The notes beneath the pieces were generated by a model. The model was not told where the DNA came from. It saw nothing but the letters and a program-made list of their open reading frames with translations, and made no database searches. Below, piece by piece: positions 1 to 11,293 of a stretch of 64,000 nt of DNA. The stretch is from Balanoglossus misakiensis (taxonomy: Eukaryota > Animalia > Hemichordata). The position numbers and the translations under genes were made by a program. Within the stretch, counting starts at the first letter, position 1; each line of letters starts with the position of its first letter. The stretch spans positions 1 through 64,000 of the forward strand of contig JBECUI020000036.1 of assembly GCA_040954595.2 (NCBI GenBank), given 5' to 3'.

Positions 1-556
1 TTGCAACCAAGGGAACAAGTCAAGCTCCTGGTTCACCATGTACAGGCTTCGGGAAGGTATGTGAATATGCAAACAGGAATGACATTTATTATGCCTTCTC
101 GCGTAGAAGCATCGCCGTCTATCCCCAACAGCTAGAAGAAATCCCCCCTTTGCCGAATGCGACACGAACGCGATCGTTTTCTATGGAAAGTGGCGGTATG
201 ATGATGATGTTCGGCGGCGGACTGACCATAAACGGTCAATCCATGAATCCGAACAAAATAAACGAACGAATTCCTGTTAATAGTACGGAGATATGGACCA
301 TTAAAAACAATAGATCCATGATGCAAAACTTAATGCATACATTCCATGTTCATCACAATCTATTCCAAATTATTTCAATAAACGGCAGGGAAGTACCCCT
401 GAATTGCAGGGATGGAAGGATGTTGTTCTCCTAATGCCGGGGGATACGGTACAAATTATTATGCAGTTCAAAACGTATAAGGGCATATATCTCTATCACT
501 GTCATATACTGGAACATGAAGATGCCGGTATGATGGGGCAGTTTGAGATTTATTAA
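1..556 (+). CDS. Multicopper oxidase, C-terminal part (truncated at window edge, frameshifted)
   Basis: ORF 150-434 has HTFHVH. A shifted frame continues ...[22 protein letters not shown] (stop 554-556). These are the type 1/3 copper-binding motifs of CueO/CotA-like oxidases. Confidence 0.85.
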
Positions 557-723
557 GTAAATAAATATGAAAAGGCTTGTGCTATGAGTTTATAACTGAT
601 AGTTTTCTGCCTTAGGTAATCATAAAAATAATATTAGTTCTGCAATTTATTGTTGACACTATTTTATTTATGATATACATTGATTGAGTAATTATAATAA
701 AATTTATATGGAGGTAAATTGTA

Positions 724-1931
724 ATGGATGTACGTAAATACGTAACAATTCTCATATTAGCACTGATATCTGTAGGGTTCTTGTCATGTGCAGGAACGAG
801 TGCAGCAGCAGAAGTAATTGAAACTGATTTCGTGAATGTAGATGAAATAAGCAAATCATTGGCAGGATCAACCGGTCTCCGCCATTATTATGTTGCCATT
901 ACGGCACAAGCACAAGGCGAAGTTGAATTGAAAGACTACAAGTTTGCATTGGTACCTGAGGGCGATCCCAGTCCGGGCGCAGCTACGTTTAATGGCGATG
1001 GAGTATTTACTCGGAATGTGCCGAGCAGATATGCTGATACCGGAATTAACCTTCTGCTCTTCTCCCCCCTTGGTAGCAGTGTTACCTTTACGGGAAGTCA
1101 AGTAACACAGGCAACGACTGGTCTCTTAACACCCAACACATCGTATAACCTGTATGGATACAGTGGTACGGGCACAGTCAAGTTATTGAAAGCAGGACTT
1201 GCAACCGATCCATTGGCAGCAAGCGATTTTTTTGATCAGCCGGTTGATGACCAAGGCGTAGACCCTGACGGGGATACTACAGTACCCACCTTCTTAGATC
1301 CGGCAGTAGCAGTGCAACTCATGGGAGCACAAGCAGTACCAATCCAATACACCACACGGGTTGGCGAACCGGTCTTTGTGCCCTCATCAATACGGGTACC
1401 GGACGCCGCAGAACGTATCGAGTTGTATCCAGCAGTTATTGGTGATGAAACAAACTTTGACGCAGTGGCGGCCTATACCCCCCCTGTTGATGACCAAGGT
1501 ATCCCTATAACTGATGCCCAAATCCTCGAGGGCAAGCCCTTGCGGAGCTTGTGAAGATAACTTTTACTGTACCTGCAAATCAACTTACGTCAGTTACATG
1601 GGCGGCCGATTTGGATGTTACTGACGCGGACGCCCCCTTTCCTATTTTGGGACTCGCAGGGTATACTCCTCTCATGATACAGGATCGTGACCTTGCTACC
1701 CCTCCTTTTGATCCTATTCCTGATCCTGATAACCCCGGAGCATCTCTATATACTCCCTATCCTTCACCGAACTACGCCGCAAATTTCGGAGCAATTGTTT
1801 CTCCGAGGTTTAACGCAGCAGGCAATTCTATTAGTACGAACGTACACCTTGGATTTACTCCCGCTGTAAAGCCTGCTGCCGGATTTCTTACAATAACTGC
1901 TCTTGCATCCTATGGTCAGGGCATTCCTTAA
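724..1931 (+). CDS. Hypothetical lipoprotein (ORFs 724-1554 and 1551-1931, possibly one frameshifted gene)
   Basis: GGAGG RBS upstream, hydrophobic signal with lipobox-like FLSC, and motifs shared with the next gene. Confidence 0.65.
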
Positions 1932-2007
1932 ACGTTGCACAAGGCGGGGAACCTGCTACTCAAACACTATATTTGTATTTGAATAAACCATTTGCATAAA
2001 GCATATT

Positions 2008-2043
2008 AAGCACACAACTATCTGTTGGTGTGCTTGTCTTTTC
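2008..2043 (+). terminator. Possible intrinsic terminator
   Basis: AAGCACAC...GTGTGCTT inverted repeat followed by a T-rich run, downstream of the 724-1931 gene. Confidence 0.4.
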
Positions 2044-2058
2044 AAGAAAGGAAATACA

Positions 2059-3033
2059 TTGAAAACTATACCCATACTCATTTTATTTGCCCTATTTGTG
2101 GGCTGTGGTCAGGTGGAGGAAAAACCTCCTGCCGTACGAAGTTTGCCGCGAAATGAAGGTGACACACGCTATCGCTACTTGGCATTGGAAGTTAGCAGTA
2201 ATGTTAGATCACCGAACTATGTCTTCGGTCTTAAGAAAAGTACTGAGGCAGCACCGACCCTTAGCGAACTGCTTGAAGGTCCCGGCGTCTATCGTCGTAA
2301 TCTCAGTCCGGGAGGAACACCCATTATACTCATGTTTACCGAATTGGACACGGACATAGCCGCCTTTCAGCGCCAAACTGGGGTTTTATCTGCAGATGCC
2401 TTTCTTCTTACACCGGGAACTAGCTACACACTCTATGGTTCGTCGCGAACAAACCCGGCAGTAAGCACCCTTGGAGGGTTCTCTACGGATGGGAACATAG
2501 CGGCTCTTAATCAAGATAACACCGGTCCTCCGGCACTTGTAGATACATCTTTAAAACAGATGAGTGTTCGCGCAGGTGTACCCGTAATCCTTCCTGCAGT
2601 CATTCAAACGGCAACATTGCCGGTAGCAGAAGATATTAATCCTGTAGAGGGTCAATACCAGGTGCCGGCAATAAACTTATGATGCTTCTATGGGCTGATT
2701 TTTGGCCTCCCAGCAGGACATTGGTATCAAACGACGGTACAAAGCGATATGTTCGTCCCTCAGTAGCAGTTTATCTATCATCACATCTACGCAAATACAG
2801 TTGGAGTAAAGATTCCGGCATTATCTAATGCATACAGGGGAACAACACGCCTGATAACAGGCATGAATACACGAGAACAATACCTGCTTATCACCTTCCC
2901 TGAGTATGTTCCCCGCGAAATACATTTCCTTCTTGTCTATGGAAACGGACGTTCAAGCAATGCCTCAGCCATTGAATTAGGTGGTGGTGCCTCAAGTCAC
3001 GTGCGTTTGGTAACAAAACTTACTTCTCAATGA
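2059..3033 (+). CDS. Hypothetical lipoprotein, paralog of the upstream gene (frameshifted after ~2680)
   Basis: Lipobox-like FVGC. Shares motifs with 724-1554 (GVYRRN/GVFTRN, LLTPGTSYTLYG/LLTPNTSYNLYG). An open frame resumes to a TGA at 3031-3033 that overlaps the next ATG. Confidence 0.6.
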
Positions 3034-3712
3034 CCTTTTCTGCTGTACATATCGTAGTAGTTCTGTTCTTAATAGTCTTCTTATCGGCATGTACAGCAGA
3101 AGTTTCTGTAACAATGGAGTCCTCAAGGGCGGGCAGTATAACTGCGGATATTACCTTCCACCAGTTATTTATTCGTTATTATCAAGAACTCAGTACCATT
3201 GCTGGTGACCAGTTAGCACCAGCTAATATTCGGAAGATATTGGTCCAGTACACGGATGATATTCATGTTAACCGTTCAGAGAACGGTACTCGGTTACAAA
3301 TAAGCATGCATACGGAAAGCATTCCGAAACTTTTGCCCTTCTGAACATCCCTATCAACATCGTCAAAACAGAAAATAACACCCAGCTGTTTTTTGATGCG
3401 GACAATTCATTGCATGCATCACCCGAACCATTCAATATACTATCGATTTTTCTGCCTCCAAGGAACACAAGTTATCAACAATACGTTGATAACTTGAGTT
3501 GGGCTCTGGAAGAATATGGAAGTCCTGCCGAGGTGCAGACAATGCTCGATAATTCGGGAACCTATATTCGTATCAACCTACCTGGACAAACAATAGAAAA
3601 GATAGAGGGAGGCACACGTACCCATCCCGACCAGGCCCTATTTCATGTAAGGTTCCAAGACCTGATGGAACGTGATCAGGCGCCATCATTTATGATCGAT
3701 TACCATGAATAG
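3030..3712 (+). CDS. Hypothetical lipoprotein (frameshifted; ORFs 3030-3344 and 3410-3712)
   Basis: Signal peptide with LSAC lipobox; adjacent ORFs in shifted frames; overlaps both neighbours. Confidence 0.55.
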
Positions 3713-4127
3713 CAAAACCCATATTACGCCGTTAACCGTGCGAGACTATGAATGTGATTCACAAGGTATTGTAAATAATGCCTGTTTCTTGCATTATCTG
3801 GAACATGCACGCCACTGTATGCTGCGCAGTGCCGGTTTGGACTTTCATGTCTTAACTCAGCAAAATATTTATCCGGTTGTTAGTAGAATTGATATCACCT
3901 ATCACCATTCACTTACCGGCGGAGAAAAAATATCTATTGAAACCACCGTACAGCGGAAAGGGCGGGTGCGGGCGCTGTTTATTCAACAAATTATGCGGGA
4001 AGGGCAATTAGTTGCACGAGCGGTAGTAACAATAGCAGTAATGGCCGGTACCCCGCCGCAACCTATGAATCTCACCAATAGCATCTTTGACAAGCTGATG
4101 GGGCCCACCAATGATAACCCCGCCTAA
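3705..4127 (+). CDS. Acyl-CoA thioesterase (4HBT/YbgC/FadM family)
   Basis: VRDYECDSQGIVNNACFLHYLEHAR hotdog-fold motif. Confidence 0.9.
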   Translation: MNSKTHITPLTVRDYECDSQGIVNNACFLHYLEHARHCMLRSAGLDFHVLTQQNIYPVVSRIDITYHHSLTGGEKISIETTVQRKGRVRALFIQQIMREGQLVARAVVTIAVMAGTPPQPMNLTNSIFDKLMGPTNDNPA

Positions 4128-4803
4128 GCAGTGGACAATAGAAACATTCGACACTGTTACATCAACAATGGACATTGCCCTCGAGCGTATACAAGAAAAA
4201 AAACAACATGGATTACTCATCCGTGCAACCCATCAACTGCATGGACGCGGACAAGGTTCTTCGTCGGTATGGGAAGACGAAGCAGGAAAAAACATCCTCT
4301 GTACTGCAATTCTGGCAGGGCACCTGCCTGCGAAAGAGATCCCCGTATACTCACCTCGTACTGCACTTGCAGTAGTTCATTGTCTGAAGCACTTTATTCC
4401 CTCTTTTGTAACGTTAAAATGGCCTAATGATGTGCTCTATGCGGGCAAGAAAATCGCCGGTATTCTACTTGAATGCAGGCAGGAGCATATATTGGTCGGG
4501 ATAGGCATAAATGTTAATCAAAAGGTCTTTTCGTATCCGGCAAGTTCAATTGCACTGGCATCTGGGAAGGAAGCCGCCATCAACCATGTGCTGAGTGTTT
4601 TGTTAGAGGAATTGGATCGTGCCTATAACAATGCTGAATGGCAAAGGGATATCAAGGCCTGTCTCCATGGAATAAATCAACAGGTACGGATACAAGGACC
4701 CAATACATCAGGCATTCTCCGCGGGGTGTCAAAAACAGGAGCCCTCTGTCTGGAAAATGCAGATGGCATTCATCAAATATATCACGGCAAAGTACAACTA
4801 TAA
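4111..4803 (+). CDS. birA: Biotin--[acetyl-CoA carboxylase] ligase
   Basis: STMD, QxxGRG, LKWPNDV and KKIAGIL motifs; no N-terminal HTH. Confidence 0.92.
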   Translation: MITPPKQWTIETFDTVTSTMDIALERIQEKKQHGLLIRATHQLHGRGQGSSSVWEDEAGKNILCTAILAGHLPAKEIPVYSPRTALAVVHCLKHFIPSFVTLKWPNDVLYAGKKIAGILLECRQEHILVGIGINVNQKVFSYPASSIALASGKEAAINHVLSVLLEELDRAYNNAEWQRDIKACLHGINQQVRIQGPNTSGILRGVSKTGALCLENADGIHQIYHGKVQL

Positions 4804-6417
4804 CTGAATATTCTCTTTTTCCTGATGCTTAATGCTTCCGTTCTTTTGTACATTCGGGTAAAACTCTTCTGCTTGACTCCATATATGGTATAGCTGCTCA
4901 TTGATAGTACTTACTGACTCGTTATAGCCATTAATCAGATCTTGTATTTCCTGAACCTTTGTGGAGAAAGTATCCATTTTCCCAACAATGTTCTGAAAAT
5001 CTCCGAGGAGTGATATGACCGTATGGCTGCTTGCCAGATACTTTCCGTTAAACTCACCAAAGAGGGTATCCAGTGCCCGTTTTTGTACAAAGAAACTATG
5101 TTCATTGGCAGCATGTTTCTGATTATTTTGCATGTAGTACATAAATTCCTTAGACAACTGCTCGTTGTTCTCAATAGAATCGTTTAAGCTCCTAAGCAAA
5201 TCGTTAAGAAAATCTTCGCTTTTTACACTTGAATCTGCCATCTCTCGAGTAGCATTGTTCATTTTCTCAAACGCATCACTGACAGTCTCGCTGTTTTCCA
5301 GTATCGTTCCGGATAATTCCCCCATTGATTCAGCAATAAACGCCATGCCCCTGCCTGCTTCCCCAACATAGGCAGCCTCTATAGTGGCATTCATGGCAAG
5401 CATTTGCATACGTCTTGTTGCCGTTCTGAGATTTTCAAAGGATTCAGAAAAATGCTTAAGCACATTTTCTATGCTTAGGCGCATCTGAATCTTGTTTCTC
5501 ATACAGGAAACAAGATTACGAGAAATATCAGATGATTTTTTATCTACTTTATCACCTTGATTGATGCCCCGATTTATCTTTGTAAGGGATACTCTATGTT
5601 TCTCCCATATCACCCGCTCCTCTTCTTCGATCCCGCCTTGTTGTTGTAATACTTGCTCCATATTATTCAGCAACTTATTGTTTTGATCGAATATTTGCTG
5701 AAGCTCTTGAAGTGTCGGTAAGCAATCCTGAATTTGCGTGCAAATATTCTCGGTGAAACGCATGAGGGTCGACAATTTATCTACCGAATTTCCTTCCTGT
5801 AACAGAACATTCTTGCTGAGGCTACTGCTTTTGTTAATAGAACCCTTTAGATTTTTGATATAATTCCGAAGTCGTTCATTAACTGCCTGGAAAAGAACCC
5901 GAAGCTCATCTGACTCGTTATACCTGTTCTCAATTTGAATATTGGGCATAAGTGTTTTTATTTTCTGAACAAGATTACTGGTTGGAAGAACAAACTCCCT
6001 TACTAATAGATGATAAAAGACCCCAAGAATGAGTATCCACAAAATCAGAAAAGTAGCAATAACAATGAACGTGTACAACTGAAATTTATTGTTTGCAGGT
6101 GATACATCAATAACCAGATTTATACCATTGCCGTAATAGTACAAGAAATTAGCAATAAATTCAGCTTGAACCTCGGGCATATCCTGGATACTTATATCAA
6201 AGGATACTACACCATACGGTCTCAGCACCTCTAGCTGTGTAACATAATAATTCTGCTCTTCTAATCTCCGCTCGTCAAGTAGAATAAGTATTATTTCTGC
6301 TTTTTGGATAAGCTGCTCAGTCATAATAGACCTATACCAAGCCAAGAAAAATATACTGACAATAATAAGGAATGCAAGGGTTGTTGCCCCAACAGTAAAT
6401 AGAGTTTTCTTCTTCAT
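4798..6417 (-). CDS. Methyl-accepting chemotaxis protein (divergent)
   Basis: Two TM helices, then coiled coil with MCP tip-like MLAMNATIEAAYVGEAGRGMAFIAE. Confidence 0.75.
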   Translation of the reverse strand: MKKKTLFTVGATTLAFLIIVSIFFLAWYRSIMTEQLIQKAEIILILLDERRLEEQNYYVTQLEVLRPYGVVSFDISIQDMPEVQAEFIANFLYYYGNGINLVIDVSPANNKFQLYTFIVIATFLILWILILGVFYHLLVREFVLPTSNLVQKIKTLMPNIQIENRYNESDELRVLFQAVNERLRNYIKNLKGSINKSSSLSKNVLLQEGNSVDKLSTLMRFTENICTQIQDCLPTLQELQQIFDQNNKLLNNMEQVLQQQGGIEEEERVIWEKHRVSLTKINRGINQGDKVDKKSSDISRNLVSCMRNKIQMRLSIENVLKHFSESFENLRTATRRMQMLAMNATIEAAYVGEAGRGMAFIAESMGELSGTILENSETVSDAFEKMNNATREMADSSVKSEDFLNDLLRSLNDSIENNEQLSKEFMYYMQNNQKHAANEHSFFVQKRALDTLFGEFNGKYLASSHTVISLLGDFQNIVGKMDTFSTKVQEIQDLINGYNESVSTINEQLYHIWSQAEEFYPNVQKNGSIKHQEKENIQL

Positions 6418-6485
6418 ATGTCGCCAAATCTCCTATGAGAAATATTATTAGCGACGGCGCCCCTCGCCTAGTACGCAACAATCTG

Positions 6486-6569
6486 TGCCCGAGAGAGGAC
6501 TCGAACCTCCACAGCCTTACAGCCATCAGACCCTGAACCTGACGTGTCTACCAATTTCACCACTCGGGC
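6486..6569 (-). tRNA. tRNA-Leu(CAG)
   Basis: Reverse complement GCCCGAGTGGTGAAATTGGTAGACACGTCAGGTTCAGGGTCTGA...GGTTCGAGTCCTCTCTCGGGCA; anticodon CAG; long variable arm. Confidence 0.95.
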
Positions 6570-6678
6570 TACAGGTACACAGAGTGTGCTACATGCAGTA
6601 TACAATACTATAAAAGTTTTTTCACTAGTTACAAAGATTTTTTTTATATACTGTACCTATTTCATAACAATTGATACT

Positions 6679-7470
6679 ATGACAATAAGGGATAAGACAT
6701 TGCGTATATTGTTTATTAGTGAAATTGTCGGTAAATCAGGAATATTTTGTATCAAGAATAAACTCTCCTATCTCATCAAGGAGCATGCCATTGACGTAGT
6801 TATTGCAAACGGAGATGGCACAACAGGAGGGTACGGATTGGGAAAGAATCATGCTATCTATTTGCGAAAACTCGGCGTCAACATTCTAACTGGAGGAGAC
6901 CAAATATTTTATAAGCGGGATCTGTATGACCACCTTGACCGTGCCCGATACATAGTAAGGCCGGCAAATCTTCCACCCACTGCCCCCGGGCACGGCATGT
7001 TTTATTATAAACTTGATGATGGGCACGCATTACTCGTTATCTCACTGATCGGACAGTCCCAACACAATCGTGTATACTCCAACAACCCATTTCACACCAT
7101 ATCACACATATTGGAAAAGGTACAAACGAAGTACATTATTGTTGATTTTCATGCACTCATGACATCGGAAAAAGGCACTATGCGGCATCTCCTCGCAGGA
7201 AAGGTATCTGCCCTTATCGGTACCGGACAGCGTACACAAACAAGTGATAATCAGATTGATCAGGGAACTGCCTATATTACCGACCTGGAAGAACGGGGAG
7301 TATTGACAGCGTTTCCGGGTGGGTGCCGGAAGTGGAGATAAGCAAGTTCATAACCCAGCTCCCAGTTCCATCACAGATTTCATTTGCGGGATTACAAATA
7401 CAAGCTGCAGTACTGGACATTAATCAGGAAGGGAAGACAACATCCTTTGATATAGTGAACCTGCCTGTCG
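6679..7470 (+). CDS. YmdB-like (TIGR00282) metallophosphoesterase, frameshifted near the 3' end; start may be TTG at 6700
   Basis: RILFISEIVG, IANGD, VRPAN and IIVDFHA...SEK motifs. Frame shifts near 7290, so the end is approximate. Confidence 0.75.
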
Positions 7471-7474
7471 AACA

Positions 7475-8200
7475 TCAACCAGCAGAAAAATGATAGATGA
7501 GTTTATCATACGAAAAAATCTGCACAAATTTTTCGGCAAGCGCTCGTTTCAGTTCATCCATGTCAACCTCATGCCCGAGGCAACGCTCAACTGATGTTTG
7601 CGGATTATTCGGTATGCCACAGGGAACAATAAGCTGATAATGTGAAAGATCCGGTTGTACATTCAAAGCAATCCCATGTAATGTAACGCCATCAGACAGT
7701 GATATACCTATCGCAGCAATCTTTTTCTCTTCCACCCATACACCTGCCTGGCTGTTGTTTCTCTTAGCATGAATGGCATATTTTTCGCGCAATGTCTCAA
7801 TAATGACCTCTTCAATTTGATGCAGAAACACCCGAATCCTTCGCCGTTGCTTTTTAAGATTAATAATGAGATAGGCAACTAGCTGTCCGGGACCATGATA
7901 CGTTACCTGCCCGCCACGATCAATGTAATGCAGGCTCACCCCCAACTTGCCTAGTTCATCCTCCGTTCGAAGCACATCGCTCTGCTGTGCATGTCTGCCC
8001 ATAGTAATAACAGCCGGGTGTTCCAGCAATAACAAGCTATCCTGGATCTTTTCTGCCTTCCGTTCTGCCTGCATCGTCTTCTGTAGTGCAAGCGCAGAAG
8101 CATACTCTACCTGCCTATACGAATAGGCAACAAGTTCTCCATCCAGTCTCAACAAATCATGCATGCCTTTCATTCTAATCTTATATAAATAATTTGTCAC
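7475..8200 (-). CDS. lipB: Lipoyl(octanoyl) transferase (true start probably slightly downstream)
   Basis: LLEHPAVITMG, DRGGQVTYHGPGQLVAY, KIAAIG, HGIALN and IVPCG motifs. Confidence 0.95.
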   Translation of the reverse strand: MTNYLYKIRMKGMHDLLRLDGELVAYSYRQVEYASALALQKTMQAERKAEKIQDSLLLLEHPAVITMGRHAQQSDVLRTEDELGKLGVSLHYIDRGGQVTYHGPGQLVAYLIINLKKQRRRIRVFLHQIEEVIIETLREKYAIHAKRNNSQAGVWVEEKKIAAIGISLSDGVTLHGIALNVQPDLSHYQLIVPCGIPNNPQTSVERCLGHEVDMDELKRALAEKFVQIFSYDKLIYHFSAG

Positions 8201-8257
8201 TATATCAGATGTAGGTACATTGACTTATTTGAATAATAAAAAGATACTATAAAGCAT

Positions 8258-9868
8258 ATGGAGAAATATATTTTTGTAACAGGTGGAGTATGTTCAAGTT
8301 TAGGCAAGGGGTTAGCTTCTGCTTCAATAGGTACGTTGATGGAGATGCATAACTATTCCGTATGTATGATTAAGATAGATCCCTATCTCAATGTCGATGC
8401 GGGAACTATGAATCCATATCAACATGGAGAAGTGTATATTACAGATGACGGGGCAGAAACCGATCTTGACCTTGGGCATTATTTTCGTTTTACCAATTCT
8501 CCGTTATCACGGAAAAATTGTATAACAACAGGTCTCATATATCAGGATATCATCCATGATGAACGAAATGGAAAATACTTGGGAAGTACTGTTCAAATTA
8601 TTCCCCATCTGACCGATCGAATCAAGCAAAAGATATTTCAAGCGCGCAATGAACATAATGCGGATATTACTATCATTGAAATTGGTGGCACTGTGGGTGA
8701 TATTGAATCCTACCCCTTTCTGGAAGCTGCGAGGCAATTAATTCAAGAAAAGGGCTGGGAGAACGTTCTGTCCGTTCATTTAATTCTACTACCTGAACTA
8801 GCAAACGGCGAACTAAAAACAAAGCCGGGGCAGCATTCTGTGCGTGAATTACGGGAGACGGGCATTCATCCCGATATATTGCTATGCCGTGCACAACATC
8901 CCCTCACTGATGTAATACGGCAAAAAATCGCTCTCTTTACCAGTGTCGTACCACAAGCAGTTATTTCTGCACATGATATTCAGCACTCATTCTATGAAAT
9001 TCCTTCGACCTACAAAGAACAAAAGCTAGACAGCATTATTATGTCGAGACTCCGCTTAACGTACTCCAAAACCGTACAACCCAACCACTGGATAGCCATA
9101 ACCGACACCATTAAACAGTGCAAGAAATCAATAACAGTTGGTCTGCTCGGCAAGTATACAGAACAAAGTGATACGTATATGTCGGTAGAAGAAGCTCTTC
9201 GTCATGCCTCTATTGCGAATAAATGTAACCTAAAAATAAAGAAAATTGACTCAGAGGACTTTTGTAAAAATAAAAAGTTTGATACACTGTTTGCAGGTAT
9301 TGATGCGATTCTTATACCCGGTGGGTTTGGAATACGTGGCATAGAAGGTATTATTACCGGCGTTCGTTATATCCGCGAACAAAAAATTCCATGCTTGGCA
9401 ATTTGTCTGGGTATGCAATCGATGACTATTGAGTTTGCTCGCAACGTTCTTGGCATGCAGGATGCGCATAGTACAGAATTCAATGCCGATAGTGCACATC
9501 CGGTTATCAGCCTTTTAGAGGAACAAAAGAAGATGGAAAAATACGGTGCAACCATGCGCCTGGGAAGTTCGGAAATTATTCTTAACAAAGACAGCAATGC
9601 ATTTAAGATATATAAGAAAACACTGATTAGTGAACGACATAGGCATCGCTATGAGTTTAACGATGCATACATGCAACAATTTAATGCATCCGGCATGTCA
9701 ATTGTTGGGATTTCAAAAGAAAGGGATTTAGTCGAGATTGTTGAATGGGCACATCATCCATGGGGGATTGGAGTTCAATTTCATCCGGAACTGATATCAC
9801 GCCCGACCGATCCACATCCCCTGTTCAAGGCTTTTATTGCCGCCGGATTGGAGAATGCTCAACGATAA
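8258..9868 (+). CDS. pyrG: CTP synthase
   Basis: KYIFVTGGVCSSLGKG, KIDPYLNVDAGTMNPYQHGEV, ICLGMQ, ERHRHRYE and VQFHPE. Confidence 0.98.
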   Translation: MEKYIFVTGGVCSSLGKGLASASIGTLMEMHNYSVCMIKIDPYLNVDAGTMNPYQHGEVYITDDGAETDLDLGHYFRFTNSPLSRKNCITTGLIYQDIIHDERNGKYLGSTVQIIPHLTDRIKQKIFQARNEHNADITIIEIGGTVGDIESYPFLEAARQLIQEKGWENVLSVHLILLPELANGELKTKPGQHSVRELRETGIHPDILLCRAQHPLTDVIRQKIALFTSVVPQAVISAHDIQHSFYEIPSTYKEQKLDSIIMSRLRLTYSKTVQPNHWIAITDTIKQCKKSITVGLLGKYTEQSDTYMSVEEALRHASIANKCNLKIKKIDSEDFCKNKKFDTLFAGIDAILIPGGFGIRGIEGIITGVRYIREQKIPCLAICLGMQSMTIEFARNVLGMQDAHSTEFNADSAHPVISLLEEQKKMEKYGATMRLGSSEIILNKDSNAFKIYKKTLISERHRHRYEFNDAYMQQFNASGMSIVGISKERDLVEIVEWAHHPWGIGVQFHPELISRPTDPHPLFKAFIAAGLENAQR

Positions 9869-10580
9869 TATACTGAAATATCTAACAACCTTTCTTCTTA
9901 GCGGAAGTTTTATTGTATTATCCCTCTCCTGCACATTTAATATGAATGAACAGCTAAGCAAGACCAGCGAGGAAGAGATTCCGGATGCAATCTTGTTCAA
10001 TTCTAATATTTACGTTGTACAGGATTCCAATATTCATATTGAAGCGGATACTATAGAAATCTATTCAAAATCTTCCCGACAGATATTTGAACAAACAAAG
10101 TTTGAACAGTATAATAGCGAGCAAAAAATGACCATGTCAGGTAAGGCAGATTATATTACAATAAACAGTGATACCAATAATATGGAAATCACTGGAAACA
10201 TCAACATTCTCCTGACCGACGAAAACACATCAATCTTCGGCAATTATTTCTATTGGGACGAAAAAAAATCCCTGTTAACAGGTCGGGAAAATGATATTAT
10301 TAATATCTCACGCGAAAACGGCACATGGGTAAGGGGTGCAGGCTTTTCAGTTGATACCCTGCGTCATGTTGTCTATTTTGATGGGGCATCCGATGGTGCC
10401 ATATACACTGGGGACGCACCGGTGGCTGAGACATCCCTGACCGATGATCCGGCTGCATCGGAACCCGCCTTGCAGCAGATAGAAGAACCAGTGCCCGCAG
10501 AAGCAGAAACACCGGCTATAACTCCTGATGAACCTGCTGAACCTGCTGAACCTGCTGAACTGGCAAAGGAACTAAAATGA
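9855..10580 (+). CDS. lptC: LPS export ABC transporter periplasmic protein LptC with Pro/Glu-rich tail
   Basis: Lies between pyrG and lptA/lptB; N-terminal anchor, beta-rich body and PAE-repeat tail. Confidence 0.7.
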   Translation: MLNDNILKYLTTFLLSGSFIVLSLSCTFNMNEQLSKTSEEEIPDAILFNSNIYVVQDSNIHIEADTIEIYSKSSRQIFEQTKFEQYNSEQKMTMSGKADYITINSDTNNMEITGNINILLTDENTSIFGNYFYWDEKKSLLTGRENDIINISRENGTWVRGAGFSVDTLRHVVYFDGASDGAIYTGDAPVAETSLTDDPAASEPALQQIEEPVPAEAETPAITPDEPAEPAEPAELAKELK

Positions 10581-11293
10581 GGTGCATCTACGGTACTGCA
10601 ATTATTCTATTTTCTCTTTCTGTCTACGCACAGGATTACTTTGAGTTTTCAGGTGATAAAACAAGTGTTCAATTTAGTGAGGGAAGAGAACAAACGGTAC
10701 TAGAAGGGAATGCACGAGTCATTTCCGAATCTGTTGTTCTATCCGCAGATCGAATTGAACTATACGGAACGGATTTTCGCTTTACGCGCTGTACCGGCTC
10801 GGTTACCTACCAAGACAGCGAGAAAGAGATTTATCTGACCGCAGGAAGCTTATTCTTTGATAGAGAGACAAAATACGCACAGGCAAAAGAACGAGTTGAA
10901 GTGGAAGATAAACAGAACGATCTTATTCTAAAAAGCGGATACCTCGAAATAATTAATGATGGAAATAATATTTCAGCTCAAACAAACACCCGCGTATTTC
11001 GCGATGATCTTGTTGCCCGCGCAGAAATACTACAATTCGATCGGAATGAGGAAGAACTACAATTTTTGGGTTTTCCCATTGCCTATTGGAAAAAAGATGA
11101 ATACCGTGCACAAAAAATAAGTATAAACCTGAAAAAAGAGACTGTTGACCTGCTTGGACAGGTAACCGGTGTCATTAACCCCAAGAGTGATTCCGACAAC
11201 AATACAAACACTGATAACACTCCACCGGAATCGCCTCCTCCAGAGACCAGGTCCGGTAGTCCTGCCCCCAATACAGAGTTGGAAAACGAATGA
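10577..11293 (+). CDS. lptA: LptA/OstA family protein
   Basis: Signal peptide; TVLEGNARV...LSADRIELYG OstA-like strands; directly upstream of lptB. Confidence 0.75.
   Translation: MRCIYGTAIILFSLSVYAQDYFEFSGDKTSVQFSEGREQTVLEGNARVISESVVLSADRIELYGTDFRFTRCTGSVTYQDSEKEIYLTAGSLFFDRETKYAQAKERVEVEDKQNDLILKSGYLEIINDGNNISAQTNTRVFRDDLVARAEILQFDRNEEELQFLGFPIAYWKKDEYRAQKISINLKKETVDLLGQVTGVINPKSDSDNNTNTDNTPPESPPPETRSGSPAPNTELENE

Noticed and set aside
6332-6678. ORF 6332-6526 and the N-terminal extension of ORF 6544-7341
   Set aside because: They overlap tRNA-Leu and are spurious; the same applies to ORFs 49911-50120 and 49923-50150 over tRNA-Pro.
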